In this document: in pieces, positions 39,201-48,800 of the stretch | Layout of the letters: each line of letters opens with the position of its first letter | Position numbering within the stretch: the first letter of the stretch is position 1 | Assembly (NCBI GenBank): GCA_965216875.1 | Contig: OZ244207.1 | Location: 864,001-928,000 of the forward strand | Reading direction: 5' to 3' | Length of the DNA stretch: 64,000 nt | Source: Rubripirellula sp. | GTDB taxonomy: Bacteria; Planctomycetota; Planctomycetia; Pirellulales; Pirellulaceae | Notes under the pieces: model-generated | Seen by the model: the letters and a program-made list of their open reading frames with translations, nothing else | Told to the model about the DNA's origin: nothing | The model's database searches: none | Made by a program: the position numbers and the translations under genes

Positions 39201-41813
39201 ATCGTATTCCGCATCAGCGAGCTCCGTCTTGGCATCGACGACGAACCGACTGATGATCCGCTGGCGCACGTCATTCTTGGCAAGCGCGAGGATGAACATC
39301 GCTCGGTTGAAGCTGATCGTGTCCATGGCATGCAGGGACAGAAGTTTGTTTTCCGTTTTGAGGAACTCCGAATCCATTGCGAAGAGTTCGTCAATGAAAT
39401 CACGCCCAAAGAAGGCATACAAATAGCGGCGGTCACGGTCGACTTGGTAGTGTCCGTGAAGATCACATTGGGCAGCGATTTCCGCGGCTTCGGTTTGAAT
39501 CGCGCGGCGGAGCAGGTCGAGTGATCGATTGACGAGAAACCGCGAGAGATCGATGTTGCTCTCGGCGTTACCGAGCACCTTTTCCATCTTCTCGCCCTCT
39601 TCGCCGTTGATCTGAACGGTGAAGACACCGATCTTGATTTGGCCGACCGGTGAGTCGATTTGGTTGATCATGGTGCGGATTTTGTTGATGCCCTTGATGG
39701 GGCCGCGCAGCTGGATCAAGCCTTCGCCAATGACCGAGATGGAGCATTGGGTGACCGGGTCGACGGAGTTGAGATCGCCTGGCACATAAGTGTCTGGATC
39801 TGTTTCGGCCGCCGTGACTTCATCGCGAAACTGCCGTTCCTTCGCACGCGTTTCTTTCGCCTGCGCATCGTTCCACTCATCGCGGCGGTCGAGTTCGGCT
39901 TCGCGAAGTGTTGCGACGGATTGCTCGAGCGCCGCGACCTGTTGTTCAAGATTGGCTGTGTCTTCGACGTAATAAGGACTCGCTTGTGCATTGGCGATGC
40001 GAGTTTCGAGGTCCTTCTTTTTCGCAGTGTCCGCTTCGCTTAGATTCCCATCGCTGTCTGCGGGTAGGTTATTGAGTGCGATATTGTCCGATTTGATCGA
40101 AGTGTTCAGCTGCTGGGCGTTGGCCAGCGTTTGCTGGGCTTGAGCGAGACGTTGTTCTTCCGCACGCGTTCGGTCGGCTGCTCGCACGGCAGCACGCTCT
40201 TTCTCTCGTCGCGTGTCAGTCGCCGCATCGGCTTCATCGCGCGAGTTCTCCGCTCGCCGTTCGGCCTGCGTCACGGCGGCTTGGTTGTAGGATCGAATGT
40301 TTCGATTGATGATCTGTGCGACTCGATGGGCATCGCGATAGTAGTAGAGTCGAGCAACGCGTGTTTCTACGTAGTCGCCCGGGTTGAAGCCACTCTTGGG
40401 GATGTCCTGCGGTTTGGGAGGTGCATAGGGTGTGAATTCAACATGCTGGCCGAACTCGCGTTCAGGCAAGATCGAGACATACCATGCTTTTGATGTGCTC
40501 GCCGTGTTGCCGGCGCGGTCCGCAATGTTTGTCGTTGGCGTGATTTCGAATCGACCCGACGGCAGGGTACTGTAGACCAATCGAATGGTTCGGCCGTTGA
40601 CGGTCACATTGGGTTGGGCGGTCACGGTGGTGAATCCGCCTGTTTCTTGATGCTTGACTTCGAACAACGGTGTCCGGTTGGCAAGGTCGGAGGCAAAATC
40701 AGACGACTCGAAAACGAGATTGAGCGCAGGTGAGGTGCCGGTTGAACTTGGGACGGACAGAACTTCCGCCTGAACAATGCGTGGTTCAATCGTATCGAGG
40801 TAAACGCGGATTGGGGCCGTTTGAGCCGAAACCTTGTCGCCAACGCGGAACGCAATACTGACTTGGTTCGTGCCTTCCTTTTCTAGCGTGACGTTGTAGG
40901 CGTTCCCGAGTGTGATTGCGCCTTGCGCGACGCCGTTGACAAAGGGAATCACGTGGGTCGATCCTGTTGGGGATCCGTCGATGTCGAGCGCGATCTGGGG
41001 TTTGCTGCTGAGGTAGTAAGCACCTGCGACATCGGAGAGGCGTTGCACACCAGTCACTTGATCGATCGTGAACGCCACACCGTCGACGGACGTTGACGGT
41101 TCGGTGAATGGGATATTGACCGTTTTTGGGTACGTGATTGCGGTCGCTGCTTTCCCAAAGTCGTCTGTTAGTTTTGCCGTAAGGGCCAGTTCGTAGGCTC
41201 CAGGTGTGACCGCCGCTGGCGCCATACTCGCCGTGGTGTTGTCGGAAGAGAGCGCGAACGTTCCAGTAACAGCGTGAGTGCTGCCGCCGGTGAGTTTTTG
41301 TCGAACGATCAAGCCCTGCGCCAGCGAGCCTGCCTCCGTGTCGGTGTCCTTGAACTTAACAACGAAGGTGTTCTTTTCGCGGTAGAAGTCGACGACCTGG
41401 GGAGCTTGATTGTCGAAGGTGATTTGAAAGGTCCCTTTTGCGGTAGGGGATGCTTCACCTTCGGGTGTGTATTCGATGGAGAGAGACTGTGCGCCTGCGT
41501 CAAGCGGCTGGGAAACCGGCAAATCTTGATCCGTGTTGGTGCTTGTCACAGCGACGGTTTGAGGAGTGGAGTCGCCGATCTGGTATTTCAACGATCCCTT
41601 GTTGAAATTGTCACCGAACTGCAGTTTCAGCGTAGGCGTTTGCGAATTTGTCCGCAGCGCAACACCATCTGCTTTGACTGTTGCGGTTGCCTTTACAGTG
41701 ATCTTTTTCAGGCTGTCATCGGGGCGCCAGAACGCGACACTCTTTGTGGCGGCGAAGGCGGCCAGGCTGAGAGCGAGTCCGAACAGGATGATTTTGTCTG
41801 ACTTCCGTTTCAT
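36291..41813 (-). CDS. Giant secretin-like outer-membrane protein with N-terminal Ig-like domains
   Basis: Signal peptide; N3-like LIQLRG...I..MINQIDSPVGQIKIGVFTVQI; secretin-core-like TTILTNNR, TGFQIRP, GVPLLEDIPIVGAAFRP. CDS is certain, the secretin call is by motif. Confidence 0.75.
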   Translation of the reverse strand: MKRKSDKIILFGLALSLAAFAATKSVAFWRPDDSLKKITVKATATVKADGVALRTNSQTPTLKLQFGDNFNKGSLKYQIGDSTPQTVAVTSTNTDQDLPVSQPLDAGAQSLSIEYTPEGEASPTAKGTFQITFDNQAPQVVDFYREKNTFVVKFKDTDTEAGSLAQGLIVRQKLTGGSTHAVTGTFALSSDNTTASMAPAAVTPGAYELALTAKLTDDFGKAATAITYPKTVNIPFTEPSTSVDGVAFTIDQVTGVQRLSDVAGAYYLSSKPQIALDIDGSPTGSTHVIPFVNGVAQGAITLGNAYNVTLEKEGTNQVSIAFRVGDKVSAQTAPIRVYLDTIEPRIVQAEVLSVPSSTGTSPALNLVFESSDFASDLANRTPLFEVKHQETGGFTTVTAQPNVTVNGRTIRLVYSTLPSGRFEITPTTNIADRAGNTASTSKAWYVSILPEREFGQHVEFTPYAPPKPQDIPKSGFNPGDYVETRVARLYYYRDAHRVAQIINRNIRSYNQAAVTQAERRAENSRDEADAATDTRREKERAAVRAADRTRAEEQRLAQAQQTLANAQQLNTSIKSDNIALNNLPADSDGNLSEADTAKKKDLETRIANAQASPYYVEDTANLEQQVAALEQSVATLREAELDRRDEWNDAQAKETRAKERQFRDEVTAAETDPDTYVPGDLNSVDPVTQCSISVIGEGLIQLRGPIKGINKIRTMINQIDSPVGQIKIGVFTVQINGEEGEKMEKVLGNAESNIDLSRFLVNRSLDLLRRAIQTEAAEIAAQCDLHGHYQVDRDRRYLYAFFGRDFIDELFAMDSEFLKTENKLLSLHAMDTISFNRAMFILALAKNDVRQRIISRFVVDAKTELADAEYDFRRSSELKPHRTQKFFPPWNRAHLPIKNNYKKELVVCEAVHRNAQQRYHFRNLRGFFDVGFTNPDAMNPMQREFIRLAQIFKARLVAEMEWKQRVMERALIEERSNDDNAKFAVMQRIHKKALQELEATYLTQLEANKVVQSAAQALADAFNNAESATRFDDTQVDALQEQQTKTLNQARAAIRDRGITIDSPELKSLFRKGFYAPNTPYTELESLIAASTNAVWMTEQERDFINKTAESMKETRAQFAAPKITDALKALELLKNRAPDAIGIRDRYYSFIALVEDSNVGTSQFNDAYNEFLSYLNSLETTDFVETVKSLLDQLYKAKRDSISARVAISTVNDFLEETRGDLDHRKLLDLLIDEQQDKFIELVEGTRSHISVIDQYLKRLSIAIEDDFKVQFYDPAFVRVREAARGRAVNLSQVERTTILTNNRDFAKVDPQAMMEFDLPKRQIAIKEAFDAAKALVEDTGALINDPTFLSAFQMMGGGTNPSVVKNLVPGQSQTLDQHIMGHAPPPTGQGTPGSALQSLVPEPSIFKLETGTGFQIRPVMQPDGDSCVYDFDYMYTTNIREPVRANEKHIGRIKRHFVHTAVQTGNFEVREISRYQVALKVSRTSRGVPLLEDIPIVGAAFRPAPSAESSLQQNVIFGQTNLYPTLFDLMGLRWAQQVVDLDHTALLESEHVIRGRQKSMRDYVFRVASERVDRFLDVENKAPSSYRPDFYRSQVLASPHHPSGYSYKHASPDPTGNGYERFDRRPPEMQEPPYERYRHYPAQQQRIAPMYSEEIIEPQYGAPSVLQAQPGQVNRETSIPQDAVRPSYIPGRSAPYRQRRTMPNQPSERTEPELIQPMQSLPSQIVPQVPAPPHAPVHIAPINDAPLEVEDLPQPTTGASNVRRQQWHTNQSVDRSYAIRPSAQATSPTARAMTHSSQVMRATAVQPQGRAALQSVVPASYEKMHPSVPRTKRLPPVR

Positions 41814-41883
41814 CGTTCAGTTCCTGGTATCCGTCGGTGGACCTGAATGTGTTTTGGGTAGGCACGAATGGCGCCCGAGCGGT

Positions 41884-42687
41884 TTAACGATTGGTGCGGA
41901 CGAAGGGGGTCTCTTGGCGGGCGGCTTTGGTGGCTGCTCGCTCGACCGTTGCTTCGTACTGCGTTTGCGGACCTTGGTCGCGGAGACTCTTGAGGTAAGT
42001 CACTCCGGGGATCAGATTACTGAGCGTCTTGACACTGTCCGATCCCTTCGAAGCCAACTTGCCTGCTCCCGTCTTGATGCCTCCCAAGAAGTCGGCACCG
42101 TCGGCGCAGACTTCTTTCATGGAGTTGATCGCAGTCGATGAGGCGAGTTTTTCGGAAACATGCTCGCGGCAATGTTCCTTTGCATCTCGCACAGCCACAC
42201 CAAAGCCTTTGCCACTATGGTGCTTGACGACTGCGACACAGGGATCAAACGGGAAGCCGCGAAACTTGATCTCGACTCGTTTGTCGCTGTAGATATAGAT
42301 GATCGAATGGGCCGTGTGTTTGACGCGCGGTGCACCGGCTGGTAACACCACGTCGACATACATCCGCTCGTTCGTCTTGGGATGATTGGCAACGACAACG
42401 GTCGGTCCGCCCTGGATGATGGGCGCTTGAAAGACCTTGTCGCCGCTGTAGTAGTAACGGTGGACATGAACCTTGGGCGGGATGTCAATCTTATGCCCCT
42501 GGCCTTGAATATGCTGAAGCTCGACGCCAGGTAATCCGCGCTCATGAACGCCCGGGTCCATGATGACAAGGTCGTTGAGTCCCGCCTCGGATGTGTATTG
42601 GGCGGTCGCCTGATCGGCGCGCATCGCCACCATCACTGCGATGAGCGCAGTGGTACCTAACAAGCCACGTCTGACACGGCGTGCCAT
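41884..42687 (-). CDS. Exported hypothetical protein
   Basis: GGGGAG SD; signal peptide MARRVRRGLLGTTALIAVMVAMRADQATA-Q; directly upstream of the secretin-like gene. Confidence 0.78.
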   Translation of the reverse strand: MARRVRRGLLGTTALIAVMVAMRADQATAQYTSEAGLNDLVIMDPGVHERGLPGVELQHIQGQGHKIDIPPKVHVHRYYYSGDKVFQAPIIQGGPTVVVANHPKTNERMYVDVVLPAGAPRVKHTAHSIIYIYSDKRVEIKFRGFPFDPCVAVVKHHSGKGFGVAVRDAKEHCREHVSEKLASSTAINSMKEVCADGADFLGGIKTGAGKLASKGSDSVKTLSNLIPGVTYLKSLRDQGPQTQYEATVERAATKAARQETPFVRTNR

Positions 42688-42802
42688 CGATTGCTCTCCC
42701 CGGTTGGATGCGTCCACGCTACCTGCGATGCAGTGATGGACGGAGCAATCGGCCCCAAGATGCTAATGCGGGCAGTGCATTATCAATTGGAATACGCCGA
42801 TT

Positions 42803-42833
42803 GCGGGATGCCGTAATAATCGTTACATCCCGC
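42803..42833. terminator. Hairpin immediately downstream of the 42835 gene
   Basis: GCGGGATG...CATCCCGC inverted repeat; weak U-tract. Confidence 0.4.
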
Positions 42834-42834
42834 T

Positions 42835-43545
42835 TTATCGGTCCTTCTGGTATTCCAGCTCTACCTCGATGTGGGTGATCTTACTGAATTGCACTGATAG
42901 GGGGTGGGCAATCTTCGCTGTGGAGGTGGGGGCGAGCAAGTTCACGGTAGTTGGCCCGCCGCGTGAAACCCAAAACCGGTTCTCGGCTTGCAGCACCATG
43001 TAGGCGTCGGCTGGAAGTCGATTGACTGAATTAGGTGTTGCGATGTCCGCTGAGGTCGTTTGTTCCTCGTCGCCCTCTCTGGGCGGCTGGTTGACCAACG
43101 TCAACTCGGGCGCGGATGCGGAAGTCGGGGCAACATAAAAGCGAAGTTTCACGCCAACGTGTCCGCCGATCAAACCACCGTCACCGCCGTCATGAGTGAA
43201 TCGCCCGGAAGCGAATAGGTTGCCATTCTTGTCGAGCAAGAGGCCAACATGATCGGCAGTGATGGGACCGATGGTGACCGAGTTGGCGCGAAAGTGAAAG
43301 GGTTTGCTCAGCTGTCCCTTGTCCGTTGGGTCGGTTGCGGCAACGGCCAACGTTGTTTGCGAGATCCCGCGGGGCTCGGTGAAAGGCCAAACGTTGTTGC
43401 CGTAGTTGTGGTCGGGTAACAAACATCGAGTCCGCGAGCGGCTTCGCTTGGCAAAGGGCAAGTCGCCAAGAGCAGGCATGCACTCGATGAGCGTCATCAT
43501 TGCAACGATGGCGGCACAAGCCGCAGGAACTGATCGCGCTCGCAT
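42835..43545 (-). CDS. Exported hypothetical beta-rich protein
   Basis: ORF to 43599; likely start MRARSVPAACAAIVAMM (signal peptide). Confidence 0.7.
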   Translation of the reverse strand: MRARSVPAACAAIVAMMTLIECMPALGDLPFAKRSRSRTRCLLPDHNYGNNVWPFTEPRGISQTTLAVAATDPTDKGQLSKPFHFRANSVTIGPITADHVGLLLDKNGNLFASGRFTHDGGDGGLIGGHVGVKLRFYVAPTSASAPELTLVNQPPREGDEEQTTSADIATPNSVNRLPADAYMVLQAENRFWVSRGGPTTVNLLAPTSTAKIAHPLSVQFSKITHIEVELEYQKDR

Positions 43546-43719
43546 AGCACCCGTCCTATCAATGGGGTCGTATTGATTTGGCAGCATGCGCAAAACCAAG
43601 TGCGCACAGGGGCAGCTATCGGATTGAACGAGCGGCTAGGGTGACCGTTACGGTGGAGCAAACCGGAACGCTGAGAAAAAGTATGTTGGTCGTAGGGGCG
43701 TTTCCTGAGGTAGTGATTG

Positions 43720-43875
43720 TGTTGCCTTTCGCGGAGTCGACGGTAACGCGGTCGGAGAGCAAGAAGTGGGTGGACGCTACTTTCGCGGAGCGAAAGGCGA
43801 CATTCAAAAAACAATAGGAGCGAAAGGCGACGATGGTGTGCCGTGCGCACGGCTGTCATGCGGAGCATGACCTAC
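43720..43875. repeat. REP mosaic (two families)
   Basis: GGACGCTACTTTCGCGGAGCGAAAGGCGAC (43772-43801), partial copy 43817-43831, and GTCATGCGGAGCATGACCTAC (43855-43875, exact rc of 26850-26870). Confidence 0.8.
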
Positions 43876-43915
43876 GATGGAGCGGCGGAGAGGGCGGGAG
43901 GCGGCGATTCGCGGC

Positions 43916-45031
43916 CTAACGCATGCCGACTTTGCGATGGAAGAGTTCGGGATCGAACGGGTTGGCAACGCGCGGCAGCCTTGAGGGAGTGTTCGTCGAG
44001 CGTCGCTGTTGGTCCCAAGGATTCTCGATGTCGGCGGTTTCATTGCCGGTGTGATCGTTCGTTGGCTCGTCGTCCGAATGCAATGCGGTCGGAGTTTTGG
44101 GAGACGAAGTGTCAATCGAACCGAAGGCAAGTAGCCAGCGCCGCAGCGTGAAGATCGCCTTTTCGTGTCGCGCGTCCAGTGGCGCTTTCTCGCCACCATG
44201 TGCGGTTGTGGCCTTGATGTAGAACTCGGATTGTTCGACGTTGCCCGGTTCGACAAATCGCAGGGTTGCAAGCAGGTTTTGTTTGGTCATCCGGCCCGAG
44301 GCACGCGTGCCATTGGTGGGCACAATCAAGCTCCAACGCACCTCCTCTTTGCCCAGTTGGTCGTGGCAGCGGGCGCAACGATTGATCAGCGTTGGTTGAA
44401 CATCGGCTGCGAAGGTTTGCAGCGCCAGTGGGCTGACGTTGGGCTCTTGGATTTCGTCCGTTTGAGCTTGAACGCCTGTCGGCTCGGTGTGTCCCACCGG
44501 TCGAATCGTTTGCGGGTCGCTGGTCGGCTTGTCGAACGTGGGGGCGATCAGGCGATTGATGCGCTCGTGCAGTCGCGTTGCTTCTTTGTGTTTGGGGTGG
44601 ATTGCAAGGACGAGTTCGAGTTGATCGTAGGCGAGATCAAAAAGCTCGTAACGGGTACACCATTTTGCGTCTTCAACAAGCTCATCGAGGCTGGCGGTAC
44701 GGCGGTGATCCACTCGGTATTGGTGCAGGTCGCGGAGCGAGTCGGCCCAACAGGCGACTTGGCGCCTTGGCAAGCGGATTTGGTTGCCCGGTCCCTTGCG
44801 AACGACAACGTAGTCGCCTTCCTGGACCGCAGTCCCAAACAAGACATTGTCATTGTGCAGCAGGACGCAGGGTTTCGATTGATCGAATTGCGTCGGGATC
44901 GCGCCCCAATCAATAGCGTCCCCACTAATGTTGCCAGGGGGCGGCGAATGGATCGGAGCTTGCGCAGCAACAGCGTTGGCCAGCAGGATCGCGAGCGCGC
45001 AAACAGCGGTAAGGTGGCGAGAACAACACAT
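43916..45031 (-). CDS. Exported hypothetical protein with one CxxCH heme-binding motif
   Basis: Signal peptide; VQP.LINRCARCH; distal HGG; TPR-like helix pair. Confidence 0.78.
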   Translation of the reverse strand: MCCSRHLTAVCALAILLANAVAAQAPIHSPPPGNISGDAIDWGAIPTQFDQSKPCVLLHNDNVLFGTAVQEGDYVVVRKGPGNQIRLPRRQVACWADSLRDLHQYRVDHRRTASLDELVEDAKWCTRYELFDLAYDQLELVLAIHPKHKEATRLHERINRLIAPTFDKPTSDPQTIRPVGHTEPTGVQAQTDEIQEPNVSPLALQTFAADVQPTLINRCARCHDQLGKEEVRWSLIVPTNGTRASGRMTKQNLLATLRFVEPGNVEQSEFYIKATTAHGGEKAPLDARHEKAIFTLRRWLLAFGSIDTSSPKTPTALHSDDEPTNDHTGNETADIENPWDQQRRSTNTPSRLPRVANPFDPELFHRKVGMR

Positions 45032-45207
45032 CGTGATGCTCTGCTATCACTTTATGCGGATCAACGTCAAGAGCGGACCTGGATCGATTCGAATCAGAGT
45101 GACTTCGTGAAACACGAACTCCGGGCGCAGCGATGCCAGGCGTGTACTGAGGTGGGAAGTGTGGGGAGGCGAGGTAGAGTGTGGCGGGTGCGTTGAGCGA
45201 ACCGCCC

Positions 45208-45837
45208 TTAGGTGTTTTCGGTAAGACGCGATTCGGTGACCATTCGCACCAGTTCGGCCAAAGAGTGGGTGTTGGTCTTTTCGAAGATTCGTTGCCGCCG
45301 CGATTCGACGGTGCGGATGCTGACGTCAACGCGACGAGCAATCACTTTGTTGGCGACGCCGTCGACCATCAACTCGAGGACTCGCTGTTCATCGGGCGAG
45401 AGCGCGGCGAGGCGTTTCTGGAAGTCGCGTTGTTCGTTCACACGCGAACGGTTGCGACGAGCCTGGGCGTCGGCGGCGAGTGCGTCGCGAATGGCGTCAA
45501 ACAACTCATAGTCGCGGCACGGTTTTTCCAGCACATTGACGGCACCCTTTTTGACCGCTTGGACGGTCAACGGGGTTTCCGCATGGGCGGTAATGATGAT
45601 GACTGGAAGGGTGACACCGTCGTCAACAAGTTTCTTTTGCAGCTCGATACCGCTCATCCCGTGCATGCGCAAGTCGGTGACAAGGCACCCGTGTTGGTTG
45701 GGATCAAACGCGGCCAAAAAGGATTCGGCTGATTCGAAGGTTTCGGCGTGGACGCCCATCGATCGGGTCACCGCTCGCAGTGATTGTCGAGCGCCTTCGT
45801 CGTCATCGACGATGTACACCGTTGCGTTTTCAGACAT
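45208..45837 (-). CDS. FixJ/LuxR-family response regulator
   Basis: YIVDDD, CLVTDLRM.GMSG, ITAH, LEKP, G.ANK.IA...VSIRTVE HTH. Confidence 0.93.
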   Translation of the reverse strand: MSENATVYIVDDDEGARQSLRAVTRSMGVHAETFESAESFLAAFDPNQHGCLVTDLRMHGMSGIELQKKLVDDGVTLPVIIITAHAETPLTVQAVKKGAVNVLEKPCRDYELFDAIRDALAADAQARRNRSRVNEQRDFQKRLAALSPDEQRVLELMVDGVANKVIARRVDVSIRTVESRRQRIFEKTNTHSLAELVRMVTESRLTENT

Positions 45838-45848
45838 TGGTCTACCCC

Positions 45849-48800
45849 TCAAGTGTGCATGGTCGCCTCGCGGCGATATGGCAAAGTAACGTGGAAAGTG
45901 GCCCCGCCCTCATCGTTGACTGATCCCCACAGTCGGCCACCATGGTCTTCGATAATGGTTTGACTGATCGCCAATCCCATTCCCATCCCGCTGGTCTTGG
46001 TCGTGTAAAAGGCTTCAAAAAGTTTTCCGTGTTGATCGACTGGAATGCCTGGTCCGTTGTCTTCGATTTCGAGTTCGACGACGCCGTCGCCGCGGCGGAT
46101 ACGCACTGTCACCCTTCGTGCAACGTCCTGATCGGACAAGGCTTCGTAGGCGTTGTGTAACAGGTTGACCATCACCTGTTCGACCTGCACGCGGTCGGCA
46201 TAAACAGGAGGCAGGTCTTCTTCAAACAGGGTTTCGACTTGGACTTCGAAGCGGCGTGCTTCGAAGGCAACCAGCTCGATCGATTCGCCAACCACTTGAG
46301 CAATGTCGAGTCGATCTCGAGTGCTTTCGCGGCGCTGTGAGAATTCTCGCAACCGCTTGATGATTTCGCTTGCCCGTTTCGACGCCTGCCGCACACCTTG
46401 GTTCCATTCGGCAAGTTCGCCAATGGTGGATGCGTCGATGACGTTGTTTTCGAGATTGTCGAGTGTGACGCTGCTGGCGGTGGCAAAATTGGTGATGGCG
46501 TAGAGAGGTTGCTTCACTTCGTGAGCGATTCCGGCAACCATTTCGCCCATCGTGCTTAGGCGGGTGACATGCGCGAGCAGATCACGGTGTTTGCGGCTCT
46601 CTTCCTCGGCGTCGCGAAGTTCAGTGATGTCGTGCAGCGCGCCATGTAGGCGAACGACCTTGCCATCGATACGTTCGGCGACACCTTGAGCCCGAACCCA
46701 GCGGCGGTTGCCCTTGGCGGTGATCAACGGAAGTTCCAAATCCCAGCACGCGCCCGTCTTGACCGCGGCGTCAACGGCGTCGCTGATGACCGGTCGAGCT
46801 TCGGGGGCGTAAAAGTTGACTGCGGTGTCGAGGTCGGGGCGATAGTCGGGCGACACTTCATGAATGCGACAGGTTTGTGCGGACCAGCTCAGGACGCGCG
46901 TTTCCAGATCGAGTTCCCATCCACCGACACTTGCCAAGCGGTTGGTGACTTCGAGCAGCTCTTCGTTTTTACGCCGCGCATCCTCGGCTCGTTTTTGCGC
47001 CGTGATGACTCGGCCTTCGGGGACGAGCAACGTGACGCGGCCATCGTCGTCGAGGACTGGTTTGATGGAAAAGTCAATCGTTTCGACGCTGTTTGCGCCG
47101 CGCACTTCTTCGGTGTAGCGAACAAATTGTCCGTCGGCTGCTGCCTTGATCGCGTCTTGCAATCGCTGCATTCGTGGTGGGTCATCGCACCACCAAAAGG
47201 TCTCCCAAAAGGGCCGGCCCAAGACATCTTCCGGTTCGACGTTGCCAAATTGAAGTGCCGTTTCATTGGCTTCCAGAAGTCGGCCGTCGATGGTGAGCAG
47301 ACCGATGAACTGGAACGTTGAGTTGAAGATCGCGCGGAAACGCTTTTCACCATCGCGAAGTTTGATCTCGGCGTTGCGGCGTTCGGTGATGTCGGTCGCT
47401 TGAACCAGGATGAAACGCAATTCGCCTGTTTGTTTGCGAATGACCGAGTAGGCGGCCATTGCCACACCGAGTGATCCATCACCGCGCATGTAGGTGTCTT
47501 CTGTCAGCAGCGGTTCATCGGACTTCGGTGCATCAAGGACGCGCTGGCGAATGGTCTCGCGCCATTCCGGGAGTTTTTCCCAGGCCGGTGCGTCCCAAAA
47601 GTACTTTCCGATGTAGTCATCGCGACTGGCATTCTGCATTCGCAGGGGCAGGTCGTTGATTTCCACGACGCGACCGTCGGCATCAAGGATCGCCATGAAT
47701 TGAAACTGTTGATCAAAGGCCAAACGAAAGCGTTCTTCGTTTTCTCGCAGTGCGGTTTCGGCGCGGACTTGATCACTGATGTTGGTTAGGAATGCGAGAA
47801 CGTATTCCTGACCGTTGAATTCGAAATAGCTCGCACTCAGAAGGACGGGGACTTCGGTGTCGTCACCTCGGCGAGCCTTTGTTTGGTAGGTCACCGATTG
47901 GCGGTTCTTGACCTGTTGCCAGAAACTGTCGTTGTATCCGACTCCAAGATCGGCAGCGTTGAGTTCGAGCAGATCAGGCTCGGTGTAGCCAACGAGGTCA
48001 CAGGCAGCCTGATTGACGTAGGCAAATTCTCCTTTGGGCGTGATCCAAAAGATTGCCGTGTGAGAGTTGTCGACAGAATGTTGGGTGATTTGCAGCGCGT
48101 TTTCGAATCGCTTGCGTTCGGTGATGTCAAAGGCCATCGCGAGCACGGCCGACTTGCCTCCGAATTGAATCGGCGTCCCGATCGCTTCGATGTCGGCGAT
48201 TTGCCCGTCATCGCGCAGCAGCCGCATTTCGTTCGGCTCGACCGTTTCGCCGTGATCGGTGATGCGGCGAATCCGATTGGCGACGCGTTCGCGATCGGCT
48301 GGCACAAAGAGGTCGATGATGGATCGGCCCATCATCGATTGCAATTCACACCCGAACAATCGCGTTGCGGCCGGGTTGGCAAACACAATGCGTCCTTCGA
48401 CATGGACGATGATGACGCCAGGGGAAAGTTCGACCACGTTGCGGTACAGCTCTTCGCTCGCTCGCAACGCCTGCTCGACCGACATGCGTTCGAGTTCCGC
48501 AGCGGCACGATCGGCAAAGAGCTGCAGGATTTGTTGTTGGAAGTGGTGGTCGTCCATCGGTTTTCGGTCGATGGCAAACAGAACACCAATCGTGTCGCCC
48601 GACGAATTGATCAAGGGCGCACCGAGGTAGGATTGACCATCGAGCGCGCGAAGGACGTCGTCGGTGGGAAACGTCTTTTGGACGTCCGATGCGTAGAGGC
48701 ATTGCCCTTGCGAGATGACTTGTTCGCAAGGTGTCCCTTCGAGATCGTATTCGAAGTGATCTGCCATTTCGCCGTCGCTGCACACGGCAACCGCGGATGC

